The notes beneath the pieces were generated by a model. The model was given only the letters and a program-made list of their open reading frames with translations, was not told the origin of the DNA and did no database searches. From assembly GCA_012295275.1 (NCBI GenBank), contig CM022678.1, forward strand, positions 17,732,001-17,796,000: a DNA stretch of 64,000 bases, given 5' to 3'. Shown piece by piece: positions 26,630 through 41,851 of the stretch. Origin of the DNA: Chrysomallon squamiferum (Eukaryota; Animalia; Mollusca). The position numbers and the translations under genes are program-made. Positions within the stretch are counted from its first letter, which is position 1; each line of letters opens with the position of its first letter.

Positions 26630-26737
26630 TAGCAGATTTTGAAAATGAAAGGGGAGGCAACTGGTTTGTTTGGCTCTTACAAAATCAGTGGACTGACTGT
26701 AGCATGGCATTTAGTAGGAGCAGTAGTAGTAGTAGTT

Positions 26738-26785
<48 letters not shown>

Positions 26786-27553
26786 AAATTATCTTTGCAA
26801 ACAAATGGTTAGACATAATCTTGAATTTCAGGTACGTTTATGTGAATGTAAATATCTGTGTGAAAATGAGAAAGTGTGTTTTTCTTCAAGTAAACTTGTG
26901 AGTGCATGCACATATTTAAAATGATGTTTATTATTATTTCCATTTTTTTCATGTGGCAATTCCAGACCAGCTATAATTGGTATTAATGATCATGGGTTAG
27001 AAATATTTTATTTTGAAAATGGTTCTTAATGTCGTTAAATCTTTTTTTTTTTTTTTTTTTTTTATATTATTATTCACAGTTAAACGTCACTGCCTATGAA
27101 ATACTTACTGATGTTATTTTCTATTTATAAATAATTTATCTTTAATGTTATTAATGTTTAAAAAAAAAAAAAAAATCCTCCATTTTCACCATTTATTTTA
27201 CAATTTGTTATTTATTGATTTATACAAAACTTCATGTAATATTGCGCTTCATTTTGTTTTTTTTGTTTCTTTTAATATTTTGCTAATAAATTATTTATTT
27301 AGCACTTAAAGCATTTTGTTTTTATGATTATAATGTATCAGTGAGCATTTTGTTTTCTCATAAAGCAAAACACATTTTTACAAAGAAGCATACATTTTTA
27401 ATCTATGGTTTATGATGGTGTTACATATAATTAAATAACCATCCTAGTTTTATTAAAAGTGAGGACAATTTTCTTTTTTTTTTTCTTTACCTTCCCCCAG
27501 TTTGGGAAATAAATAAAAACAGTCACAGAACACAGGTTGGATTGGGAAATCAT

Positions 27554-27613
27554 CCCTCAGAGAGGCTTGAACTCATGACCAATAGTTACTGAGGCTGTGA
27601 ACTACTGCAAGTG
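27554..27613 (-). mobile_element. Degenerate tRNA-derived SINE-like head
   Basis: The minus strand has a B-box-like GAGTTCAAGCC preceded by a tRNA-like segment; it is not a foldable tRNA. Confidence 0.3.
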
Positions 27614-29389
27614 TTTAGAAAAAGATACAGATCATGAGTGTTTCTTGTTAATAAAATGAACACAGCAGTTGTAACTAGTTTTACAAATGGCCAGTTTTGC
27701 TGAAATGTTTCTGCCTTGAAATAAGTATGGTGTTAAAACTGAAATCAGGTTAGGTCATGTTATCACATATGATGGTTCCACTTTTGTGTCTTTCAGTTAC
27801 TGTTTCTACAAGACTTTCAGTAACTTTGCATCATCATTAACCTGTAGCTTAGTAAATAATTGTTGGTGTTCGTGTAAAGGATGGAATGATTTAGTACAGA
27901 ATTAAAGCAAGGGTTAGGATATTTTGTTACAAAATAATTGTTTTCTGGGTTGTTTTTTTTTTCTTTTTTTTCTCACCTTAATGATTGTGTTCTGCAAAAT
28001 TAGAAAATAAAAGGATATTTTAATAAATCTGGATATTTGATGAAAAAATGGACATAGACCAATTTGAAAAAGAAACTTTCAGTTCTAAGTGATAGGAATT
28101 TGAGATTTTTTCCTTCATTATAATTAAAAGATGATCATCAAAAAAAAACAAAAAAAAATAAAATAAAATAAATTTTAAAATATGAAAAAAAAAGATTGTA
28201 AAATAACCACAACATCATTATTCTTTTCCACAAAAGATAACACAAACATATCATTAATTCTGTTAAAAATGTTTATTAAGAGCAAAAGAAAATGCCTGTA
28301 CAAAGCTATCAAAGCAAACTTTGAATAAAGCAAAAAATAATTATTCATAAACAATATTTTTTACTTATCTCCAAGTTTTTAATACAGTAAAATTCTAGAA
28401 GCTAATTAAAAGTAGCTTGTAGTGGAGCAGGCAATGTGCATTTGTGAAATGTATTCAGTATAAGAATATCTTAAGAATTATAGAATTATCTGTAATATGG
28501 AACCTCCAATGTTAAATCCATAATAATAATATTAACAATATTAAGTAGTTGTAGTAGCAGTAGTGGTGGTAATATTCATGATAATGTAGAAAATAAAAAG
28601 AAATTTAATATATAACAAAAACAAAAAAAAGCAGTTTTATAATCATTTTCGTCAACTTTTTTTTTGTCTTCTTCTATTAAAATAAACTTTGTGACAATAA
28701 AAAAGTTATGTTTAAATATGACATTTCAGTAATATAATAAAACTGATCAGATACAACAGCTCTGATGAGGAAGATCAGTTGATTTAAATGTATCAAAACT
28801 AATAATAAATAATAATAATAATAATAATAAGATGAAGAAGAAGAAGAAGAAAAAAAATAGGCATAATAATTGCCAGTAATAAACAAATAAATAAACTTAA
28901 TGAATAAAATGCTGTTTTAAAAAAATATTAATTTTGCATTACACAAAAATACAACAGTAAACACTCTCAAAAAGATTTTTCTAAATTCAAAATACAAAAA
29001 TCTGTAAGAAAACAAATTATTAACCTAATATATGTATATATATATATATATATATGTGTGTTTTTATTAATAATAATAAACCATAAATTTTAAAACTTAA
29101 TAATAATATATATATATATTGAAGAAAAAAAACACAACCAAGAGAGAAGAATGTAAAAAATAAAACAGTGGAATGTATAAAACCCAGGAATACCAATAGT
29201 TACCAGTGTAGGTATAAAACAGAAAATATGAATTTTTGTCTAACATAAAACAACAAGGAATATTATAAACATCAAAAGTAAAAATTTTATATCAAAGAGA
29301 AAAAAATCAAACAGTAATCACAGAATCATACCCAAAATACAGACACCACAGTCACACAAATACACAGAGAGAGAAATTAGATATTAACA

Positions 29390-29438
<49 letters not shown>

Positions 29439-29548
29439 GGAGAAGAACAACAACAACAACAACACAACAACAACTATAACAACAGCAGCAGCAACAACAA
29501 CCATCAGTTACAAAAAAAAAAATAATAAAATAAATAAAAATAATGATG

Positions 29549-29599
<51 letters not shown>

Positions 29600-30135
29600 G
29601 AAAGAAAGAAAAAAAAATAATAATAAAAAAAAATAAACAACTGTCAACAATAGTAGAACAAAATAATTGCAGTAAAAAATAAAAAATAAAATTTTACACC
29701 AAAGATAAATGTTTTACAAACAATTAAAATGTGAACTGAATAAAAACGTTGAGTGTTTCACAGTGTTCTAAACTATATACCAAGTAACAGATTGAATCAT
29801 TAAACTTATGTAAAGCTTTGTTATTAAATATTCAACTACTAGTTGTCATAGCAACAATATATGACAACAGAGAACAATGTGCAAAAAATATAGTAATGTA
29901 ATTCCAAAATAGATAAATGTATTTCTAAAATGAATAAAAATGTAAATTTTGGAATTGTTATACAACAATTAATCACATTAAGTAATGTGTGTTTTTAAAG
30001 AATTATTAACAAAAACAAAAACAAATGGAAATTAGGTGGTTCACAAAAACTTTACCAAACTTTTCATTTTGATTATACACAACTTAAAACCAGAAACTAA
30101 AGAAAGAATTTTACACAAATAACTTGTATTACCTT

Positions 30136-30181
<46 letters not shown>

Positions 30182-30242
30182 GTTTAAAGCCGTTTCAAAG
30201 TTCAATATGTTTTTCTTTCTTTTTCTTTCCCTGTTTATAAAA

Positions 30243-30277
<35 letters not shown>

Positions 30278-30491
30278 ATGCAGGCATAATTAAAAGTATT
30301 GTTAATATAAAATTACATCTGGAAAATATGGCTCTATTTTTTTTATTATGGTTCCCATATAATAATAATAATAATAATAAATATATATATATATACCTGT
30401 ATGTACTTAAATAAAAATAAATCAGATCTATTTTGGGAATTTCAGACATTAAGCCTCATTTTAATTTATAATTTATAAGAATAATTTTGAT

Positions 30492-30536
<45 letters not shown>

Positions 30537-31623
30537 AAATATATATAAAATGAAAATATTTAAAAATTATTGTGCTTTCACATGGCTGCTTTGTTAGTTT
30601 CTTCCTGTACCAGATTTCTAGTAAATAGTTTGATTATATTTTGCCTTCTTAAGTCTGGCTTAATATTTTTTCAGCTCAAACTTTACTAATAATAAAGTAG
30701 GACATACTTATGATGGATGGTAATATTGTCTGCTATGTGGTTCAGTGGTTCTTAAACTTTTCTGTAGTCAATATATCTTTAGTTCAAACTTTATTAATAA
30801 TAAAATAGGACATTTAAACTTTACAGTCATTTAGCCTCGACATTTTACCTTTTTATTCGTGACTGAATGTTCAAATGTTTTTTAAAATAAAATAAAAATT
30901 TCTTCACCAATTTATCAAGCCCTGGTTTACTAGGTATTAGTGAGAGCATGTTTTATACAAAATCTTAGTCACAATTTTTTTTTTTTTTTTTTTTTTAAAC
31001 AATATTATTATTATTTTGATTATTCACTGGCATAACACTTCAACAAGTAACTATTAAAACAATCAGGACAGTATAGAAAATATATTTTGATTATCAGCAC
31101 CGTAACTAGCATAATTCCAATAATTTAAATCTATCCAGAAATTGTGTCAACTATAGATACATAGATCATCCAGATATATTTTACATACATAGATATATAG
31201 ATGGATATATAGATAGATAGACAGATAGATAGATAGATAGATTAACTAAACACTAGATAGATACAGATATATTAACTAGAAACTATGACTATGAAATTGA
31301 CAGATATATTTCTTTCTTGATATTCAAAATTTTATAGTTTTTAAACATTTCTTTCCTATGTGTAAATATTACTGATGTTATTGAAATATATAAATGTGAC
31401 TTTATTTTAATTATTAATTTAATTTTCATTTAAATTATTGTTATTTGTTAATCTTATTATAAATATAGATAAAGAAATTATTACTACAAAGAGGAAAAAA
31501 AACAAAGGGTATCTATAATACAATAAATAATAATAATGATAATAAAAATGATTAATCTATTAATACAATTTGTCAAAATTTAAAAAAAATTATACTTCTT
31601 TTTCCTTATATTTTGTTATTGTT

Positions 31624-31659
<36 letters not shown>

Positions 31660-32856
31660 TTCATTGAATATTGTCAGGCATAAAAATAAAATGTGGTCAA
31701 AAATATACATATTATATATACTTGTAAACAGTAATAAAATATTTTTTCTATCACAACCGCAAAAGCTGGTACATGAACCAGATAATCTCCCTTTACACAT
31801 GCCAAACCTGATATGTTTTTATTAAAAAAAAAAATAAATAAATAAATAAAAATTAATTACAATAAATAATAACAGTTTAAAAAATTAAGTAACTTAATTA
31901 AATAAATATTTTGGTATGTAGGTTCACAAAAAGAAAGAAAATTAAAACTTCAGATTTATGTAATTAATATAATTATGAGGGAGAAAAAAAATCCATGGAC
32001 ACACACCCCAACCACAGTAAGTCTAAGGGGGGGTGCAGAATAAGTAGTGGTGGGGAGTGGGGGGGTTAAAAATGGATGTGGTGTAAAAATGTAAGCTCAG
32101 TGTTTAAAGCCTGCTGAAAAGTCTATTCAAAAAAAAAATATTTTAAAAAAAAAAAAAAAATTCTGCTTAAAAACACATAAAATATTCTAATTAAAAATAC
32201 TGTTAATCCTGAACATGGCAAAAAAAAAATATTTACAATGTTGTTTAATAAAAAAAATAATGAATATAATTACATGATAATGTTTAAAAAATATTCTTAA
32301 ATGAGGAAATTTATGGTGTATCTTTTCTAACTATAGTCTGCTTATGTTTATGTATATGTTTATATACATACATCCAAACATATTCACTGAAATACACAAA
32401 CAACACAAATATAAGCATTTAACAAATATTAGATAATTAATTATATATATATATATATATATATATTTATTTTATTATTTTTTTTTTTTTAAAGTTAGGA
32501 AAACATTTTAATAAAATACTCTCTGAGATCTAAATAATACAAGACTTTGTTAAAATTAAAAACAAACAAAAACACCACTCAGTAATTATAAACATCGAGA
32601 ATCAAGAAATAAAATGGTTTGATTCTGGTGGTTCTATGGCAACAATTATCAGAACAAAAAAGGTAGCAAATACAAGTGTGTTATAAACATGAGTAATACT
32701 CTGGTTATTACTAGATAAACAATTAAAAGCACAAAATAAATAGAAAACCAAAAATCCCGAAGAAAATATTTAAAAAAAAAAAAAAATTAAATATATTATT
32801 TTAATCTATAAATGTCTCATTCGTTATAGATTTTTATGTTATTCTCTTTCTCTGAA

Positions 32857-32894
<38 letters not shown>

Positions 32895-33077
32895 AAATAT
32901 TCATGTGCATATACATACAAACAGACAAACAGACACACAGGTGAACATAAATTAAAGTGAACAAGATTCTATAAAACACACAGTTTGATGAAACTTAACA
33001 AACGAAGAAAAATGTTTTAAATACATGGGACTATCCACAACCATCTTAAGAGAAAATAAAGCCACTCTGGAATGTTG

Positions 33078-33109
33078 TAATAATAATAATAAAAATAATA
33101 ATAATAATA

Positions 33110-33175
<66 letters not shown>

Positions 33176-33177
33176 TC

Positions 33178-33221
<44 letters not shown>

Positions 33222-33231
33222 TAATAAAAAC

Positions 33232-33298
<67 letters not shown>

Positions 33299-33299
33299 C

Positions 33300-33331
<32 letters not shown>

Positions 33332-33605
33332 TAACAATAACAATAATAATAAATAATAATAAAAACAGTAATAATAATAACAATAATAATAATAATAAAT
33401 GATAATAAAAACAGTAATAATAATAATAAATAATAATAATAATAATAATAATAATATAATAAAATTAATAATGATAATAATAATAATAGTGATAGTAATA
33501 ATAATAAAATTAACGATGATAATAATAATAACAATAATAATAATAAAATAATAATAATAATAAAAATAATAATAGTAATAAAAATAATAATAATACAAAA
33601 ATAAT
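33078..33605. repeat. Long imperfect (TAA)n microsatellite just downstream of the PDZPH1-like stop
   Basis: Directly visible, ~520 nt. Confidence 0.9.
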
Positions 33606-33658
33606 ATATTTTCAGAAATGCAGTCAACTTTATGCAAAATCAGATTTAAGTCACAAAT

Positions 33659-35473
33659 TTAATCTGCTTTCTTCCAGCGCCTAATTGACTTTGTGAGAGC
33701 CTCAACCCATCTGAAATAAATCAAAAAAACACTTTTGTTAAATAATTCATGAAATAATTGATAAAAATCAGAGAGAATGAGTTTTCTTCATTACGAAATA
33801 GAATGTAAATCAAACGAAAGTCTGTTTAAAAAAAATTAACCAAATTATATACAACGAATTGTAGAAATGTGTGTATGCAAAGAATTACAGACTCACATAT
33901 TAAAAACATACACTGCTTAAACAAATTTACATTAATAAGAAGCAAGCCGAGAAATATATATACATAAACACAGATGTACATACATATAGACATGAATAAA
34001 AATAAATATTCATCCATAAACAACAAACATATTATACACAATATATAAAAAAAACATATAAATGTACATACATATGCAGTTACTCAAAAAAAACCTCACC
34101 AAAAAACAACTATACACACACAGAAAAACAAAATATATTACACAGTAAAAAAACAATAATTAAAAACATCAGACACATATAAATACGTACTTACATAATC
34201 ACACTAGCATACTAACAAATCATACACATATAAACACACACACACACACCACACCACACACAACACACACAACACCTGTATTTTATTACACCTGTATTTT
34301 CTCACCTGTTTTTATCAGTTTCATTTTCAGCCTGGAAGAAAAATTTTCTCATGGGTTCCTCTGGGGGAACAAGTACGAAACTGTAACGCTTTGATGTGTT
34401 GAATCCTGCATCCACCGTGTAACCATGGAGATGGGCCACACCTTAAATAAAAGAAGAAAAAAAAATTCTTAGGAGGTAAAAAGACAAAAAGAATGAACGA
34501 AAAACAAAGGTTCACAGAAGCATGAAAAGAAAAGAAAGAAAGAAAAACATCAAGATAAAAAGAGCTCACTGAAAGATGGAAAGAAGGAAAGAAAAGATCA
34601 AGATAAAAAGAATGGAAAGAACAAAAGAAAATAATTAGGATTGCAGAAGGATGGAAAGAATGAATGAAAGGAAAAAATCAAGATAAAATAAAGATGATTG
34701 ATAGAAAGAATGAAGGAAATAAAAAAAATTAAGATGCAAAGAAATGAAATAAGTGGAAAATGAAACAACGAAGGAAGAACAAAATAAAAGCATGTTGATC
34801 AATATAAACAATTTATTTTATTATTATTATTAAATATTTTTACATTACACAATTAAATAATTAAAATCACTGTACTTTAATATTAAAACATTTACAATTT
34901 AAAAGCTTAAAACACACATCTGGCACACTCCATTAAATCATTTATCTCCCCTTTTAAATCTTTTTTAAAAGAAGGTAAGTTTACCCTGAGCATTGAAGCA
35001 GTTCACCACCGTACTTTAATATTAAAATATTATCATTTCAAAACATTTACAATTTAAAAGATTAAAACACACACATCCAGCACATTAAATCATTAAATCA
35101 TTTATCTCCCCTTTTAAATCTTTTTTAAAAAGAAGGTAAGTTTACCCTGAGCGTTGAAGGAGTTCATGTTCTTGTAGTAGTAGATGCAGGCATCTTTGAG
35201 CACACAGTATCGCTTTTTCCAGGTCTTGTACCGAGGTGCACACTTAATGAGGTAACCTGTGCATTCAGGACGTCGTATCTCCAGCGCAGGCAGGCCAACG
35301 TTGTGGCTGCTGACGTCCAGCCAGGAGTCTTTCTGTAAGTGTTTAGAATTTAAATAATTAATACACATGAATACCAAAGATGTAAAATGTTATTTCAAAA
35401 TTTATTTTTGAAACTGCTTTAGATGCTGATGTACATGTGTATATTGATAACGGTATGCTTCTTGTTATATATA

Positions 35474-35529
<56 letters not shown>

Positions 35530-35908
35530 TGAAATGATTTAACTTCAGATGTGGACTGTATCGTATTTCAAACTGAATTAGCACATTTGTTCACTAAATC
35601 TGATTAAAAAAAAAAACATAGATTCATATATGAATACAAATATGCATGTATATGTCTGTTTTATATGTGTGTGTGTTTTTTATATGGATGTGTATATACT
35701 GAAACACTTTAAAATGTATCATTATTATATATGTGTGTGCATGTATTTATAGTTTTGTAGTTGTATATGTGGTGTACCTATGTCAGTATGTCTGTCTGTC
35801 TGTCTCTTGTATATTAATTTAAATAATTAAAAACAAATTTACCCTCTTTTTAGATCTAGCTGCTGCTTCTGTTAGCTTTCCAAACCAACTGAAAATAAAA
35901 AATAAACA

Positions 35909-35951
<43 letters not shown>

Positions 35952-36134
35952 TTTATATTCAAATTCAGTTCAAATATTCAGCGAACAAAATATATTTTAA
36001 AGTCATTACTTAGATAATAAACTATACAAATTTAGGTTTGTCAGAAAGAAATTATCTATATTTTTAAATAACAACTGTTTATTATCTACAAAATTATGTT
36101 TATCTGATGACAAATATTGTTGTTATTGTCACTG

Positions 36135-36168
<34 letters not shown>

Positions 36169-37043
36169 GATTTTTATTATTAATAGTCATTATCATTATT
36201 ATTATTATTACTACTACTACTGTTATTATTCTTAATTGTTGTTGTTATTCTGATTCTTCTTTTGTCATTATTATCATAATTACTGTCATTATTAATATTA
36301 TATTTTCTTATACATAGCAGATACAATAGCAGAAAAGTCAGATAAGAATGTATATCAATATCTTTTAACTGTTATTTTTTTTCTCATATGCTTAATAAAA
36401 AAAATTGTTTTAATAATAACCTCATATATAAAAGCTGGTATATGTTGAATTTAGAGTACAATTATCCAATATGAACAACACAATGAAATTAATTGTAACT
36501 GTGAAATCATTTTCGACATTTCCTTCAAATACTCAATCATCTAATTATTATTCGACATTTCATTCAAACAACTGACCCCAAATAAATATTTTTTTTTAAA
36601 TATTTGGTTACATTTCTACAATATTTTAAGTCTCTAGAATCCATTTCTTTAGATATCGACTCCCATTTTGGGAAAAATTTTAAATTCATTTCTTAATTTA
36701 GGCTCCGCTTCGGAAATTTGGCTTTTTCAAGTTTGACGGAACAACACAATAACGTCAAACACAATGTTGAAAAAATGGCAGGTTCGATGTTGCTAAACAA
36801 AACTGTTTTCTTACGCTGTCATTTCATCACGGCTGTCAGTCATGAAGTAGTAGGTGCGAGCATTGTACTTCTCGGCTTTGAAACAGAAATCTTTGTTGGT
36901 GTCGAGGTATCGCAGGATGGAGTAGCCCGAGAGAGGAACCGCACCTAGAGGGTCAACGTCCTTGAACAGAAAAAAATTATTTGTTTTTAAAGATAAACAG
37001 AATTAAAATATTTGAAGAGAAAGAGAGAGTGAGAGAGCATGGA

Positions 37044-37076
<33 letters not shown>

Positions 37077-39929
37077 ACGTATGTGTGTGTATGTGTGCAT
37101 ATGTGTGCAAAATAGCCCAAATATAAAACATACAACAAAATTTAGATTACTAGACCAAAAAATGACAGTAAAGAAAGTAAGAGATAATCTTATGAATAGG
37201 TAATAATCTAATTAACAGGTAATAATTTAATTACCTGTAATAATAATCTAATTAATGGGTAATAATAATTTAATTAACAGGCAATAATAATTTTAATCAA
37301 CAGGTAATAATAATCTAATTAACAGGTAGTGATAATTTAATTAACAAGTAATAATAATCTAATTAATAGTAATAATCGAATTAATAGTAATAATCTAATT
37401 AACAGGTAACAACAGTCTAATTAACAGGTCACCCAGTACCTTTTCGGTTTTGTAGTAATAGAGACAGTTATCGTGTCGGAGAATGAAATATCTCTTGTTC
37501 CACTTTTTCACGAGCGTCGAGGAGCCAAGTTTGTACATGTAACCTTCGAACACAGTCGACTGAATGTCGCGAACTGGCTGGTAATCACTGTGCGCTACTT
37601 CTAATTTTACAGTGGAAGGCGCTGAAAGGGAAAAACAAAAAATTTGTGTCAAAATAAACAAAACTGAGAAATTCCATGTAACAGTAATAAAACAAATTAA
37701 AAAATAAAATAGCAATATTAATATTGATATTATAGGAGAGTGTATTAACTGTAGTAGTTGTAATAGGGTAGTAATAGTAATAGTAGTGAAAGTGATTGTG
37801 ATAGCAGCACCAGCAGTGGAAATAGTAGAGTAATAGCAACAGCAGTAGTAGTAATAGCAGAAGCAATAGTAATAGTAGCAATACAATAGTGAACAGTAAT
37901 AGCAACAGTAAGAGTAGAACCAAGAGTAGTAGTAGTAGTAGCAGCAGTAGTTGTAACTAATATTTGTTGTAGTAGTAGTAGGAATAGTAGAAGTAACAGT
38001 AGCAGATGAAAGGAATGGTAGAACCAGAACCAGTAACAGTAATAATTATTATTACTTTATTATTATTATTATCATTATAATACTATTTGTTCTCATTATA
38101 ATTAAGATAACCAACAAAATTAGATATTTTTTAAGTTAATTTTGAAATTAACTTAAAAAAAATGTAATTAAACAAATGAAATAAAAGTGCAAAAGCAGAT
38201 CTCACTTTGTTGAATTAACTCCAGCAACTCGTTGAGAGGTGATTCAAGAACATTAACTCCGTTCACAGCGATAATTATCTGCCCTTCCACAATGCCAGCT
38301 CTGTGGGCTGGGCTACCTGTTTTGAATTAATTTTGCTCACTTTAAAACGAGTTATAATTAGTAAATTTTCAAAATAATAACTCTTTTATTGTGGATCAGC
38401 TTTAAAATTTTTAAAACATGTTAATTACACAATCATTTGGAACAGTAATTCACTTTATATATAAAAAAAAAATATATATATTTTTAGTACTGAAAATCAC
38501 AACTGCTATACTGGTCAGCATAAAATACAGTAGTTAAAATCATGACCACTATAGTGGTCAGAAAAGTTACAGGGGTAGTTGCAAAAATGACTTGGGCAGT
38601 GGTCAGTAGAGATACAGAGGAAGGTGTAAAAATAACCGGGACAGTGGTCAGTAGAGATACAGAGGGAGGTGTAAAAATGACCGGGGCAGTGGTCAGTAGA
38701 GATACAGAGGAAGGTGTAAAAATGACTTGGGCAGTGGTCAGTAGAGATACAGAGGAAGGTGTAAAAATGACCGGGGCAGTGGTCAGTAGAGATACAGAGG
38801 GAGGTGGTCAGGAGAGTAGTAAAGGGAGATATGTTTACCTGGATCGACTGATGAAATGAAAACAGGTGGACAGTCCAGCAGATGAAGGCCAAAGTCAGAA
38901 TCAGTGTCTGTCTTCTGAATTGTAACAACCTTTTCTTGATCTGTGCAAAATAAAATAAAAATGAAATGAAATGAAATGAAATGAAATAAAATAAATTAAT
39001 ATGAAATAAAATTGAAATTATATATATAAACATATAAGTAAATAAATAATAAAATAAATAAGCAGATAAATAAATTATTTAATTAATAGATAAATGAATA
39101 AACCTAAAATAAATAAGTAGATAAGTAATTTAACAAAAAAAAAAAAAAAAATAATAATAATTTAAAAGTAATAAATAATTAAATAAATAAATAAATAAAT
39201 AAATAATACTAAAAAGAATACATTTTAAAAATCGAGCTATGGTGAACATATGGGTGAGTGTATGTACACTTGAACTTGTATTTCTTTTTATTTCATGAAA
39301 AGCGATGATATTCTTGTTAATTAACCATTACACCATATAAAATATTATCTCCACAGCAAAAATTTCTGTTAAGAATTTACCACACACAGGACAGCACTTA
39401 CCATACATTTTGCATGAAAAGCGATGGTACTCCTGCTGGCTGTCGTTGCGCTGTATGATACATTTCCTCTTTGAAGAGAACTCGCGTTTGAACTCTCGTT
39501 CTGACAGCGTGGTGCTGCAAGAGTCTGAACGTTGGTGAGTCTTTATAATCCTCGGAGAGAGGCTGCCATTTCTGCCAAAAACTTCATCAGCTAGAAAAAA
39601 AAAAAACCCAAAAAAAGACAGTTTACTTTCTTAAGATACCATCCATTTTCCTGTTCTGGATTAAAATCTGAAGATGTGTGGTTTGTGTTTGTTTTTTTCT
39701 TTCGTGTTGCTAAGATGAAGTAAATTGAAAAGAACAGGGAAGCTTTCTCTCTTACATTATCGTTAAAAATAAATAAATATCCTGTTACATAATGTAGCAG
39801 GTCAGATACAGTTAATGGTATGTTAATCATTACAGAATTTAAAATTTTCAGTGGTACGTTTATATTGTCACCAAAATCAAATAATTCTTGTTAAGAAGAT
39901 AACACTGTTTATCATTCCTTCCTCTAAAT

Positions 39930-40005
<76 letters not shown>

Positions 40006-40693
40006 AGATTTCTACATACTTGTGCTATCACGTAAAGCTGACACTTCAGTGTCACATGACTTGTGGTCATCAATGGCACACGACATTTTGCCTGGACTGT
40101 CCAGCTCACTGTGTCCAATAACACTGAACTGACCGTCATCATCAACTCGAATCCATTTTGATCTTCTTATTGTCTCATCATAGACTCCTGTCACAGTCAA
40201 ATAAATAAATAAAAATAAATAAATAAATTAATTAATTAATAAATAAATAAATAAATAAGTAGAACTATACTACTACTACTGATGCTGTAGCTACCAATAC
40301 AAATACTACAACTGCTGCTGCTACTACTACTACCACCACTGCTAGTACAACTTATACTACTATTATCACTACTACTACTAGTACTATTACTACTTCTACC
40401 ACTACTACCACTAATAGTACTACTACTTCTACTACTAAAACTTGTACTACTCTACTACTACTACTACTAATAATAATAATAACAGTATTAATAACAATAA
40501 TATAGTAATGACAAAATTAATTCCTTCAATCCAAAAGTATCTAGACATAGTGTGTTTTATATATATACATAATTATAAAAACAACACCATAATAGCAATA
40601 ATAACAACAAAAATCAAAAAGTAAATAAGTAATTTTTCACTCACATCCTATACTCACACAGTTTATATAAATGTATAATAAAAAAATAAAAAA

Positions 40694-40725
<32 letters not shown>

Positions 40726-41820
40726 CGGATAATAATTATGGTCCCTTTAATGCTGGCAACAGGTTTTCAATATAAGTACATAGTTAAAATGTCTGACACA
40801 CAAAAACTGTTAATGCTAAAATGTTGTATGGATTATTATAATATTTGTTCATTCATTTATTCATGTATTCCCCTAGCCAGTCAAAGATTTTAAGACATGG
40901 ATGAATAGTAAATAATAAAATTAAATTAAATTACTGTAGAGTCCTGATAAAATGAATACCACATGCTGTTGTATATAAATACATTTAAATAAACATTCAG
41001 AGATCAAAGAGGTAAACAGACTGTCAGATATAGATTTATATAAACTGACAGTTATATGGGCAAACAGACAGAGATAAATCTATAGATTGATAGCTAGCAA
41101 AATAAATATGTAAACTGAAGAACAGCTATAGAAAAGTGATAGCAGGTAGGTAGATTGAAAAGTTGACATACAGAGAGGAAAATATATGAACAGACGTATG
41201 GATAGATATATAGACCAAAATTTTTTTTTTAAAATAAACAGATGGATAAAATGGCAGGCAAATTGATAAACATTAAAATAAAAAATACTGCTAATAATAA
41301 AACTAAAAATTAAAAAACCCACAAACTTACAACTTCATCAAAAATCTTTAACACTTAAATTTGTTAAAATAAATACTAAAATTTAAAAGCATATTGTACA
41401 AACAAAATGAATTACTCATTTCAATATACATACACCAAATTTAACAAAGATTGAAAAAAAAAAAAAAAAAAAAAAGAATGAAAAAAGTAAAAGTGAGTTT
41501 AAAACTAGGAAGCGGTTTGTTTGAATAACTCCACCTTTTACTGTTGTTGTAATGTTCCATTGAGAAGCACAGAACCATAGATGTGAACAAAAAGTACAAG
41601 TATGTTTATTGTAAAATGCTAAACAGGACATTCCACAGGACCAGTGATACAGGAAAAGAATTTAAACTGTCGTTTGCTTAGCTGTTTGATATCCTTTTTG
41701 TTAATTTCCTGATTTTTTTTAATTTGATTTCTTTCTTCTTTCTTTTTTTTGTGGTTTTTAATCTTATTTTTTTTCTTTAATTTTTTTTCCTTTATTTACA
41801 AGTATTTTTCTATTTTGAAG

Positions 41821-41851
<31 letters not shown>

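Noticed and set aside
26437-33637. Many poly-I/L/Y/S ORFs
   Set aside because: Translations of (TAA)n, (TAG)n and (TTTA)n microsatellites.
38515-39033. ORFs on both strands with 15-aa repeats
   Set aside because: Translation of a 45-nt intronic minisatellite overlapping a real PDZ exon that is read in another frame.
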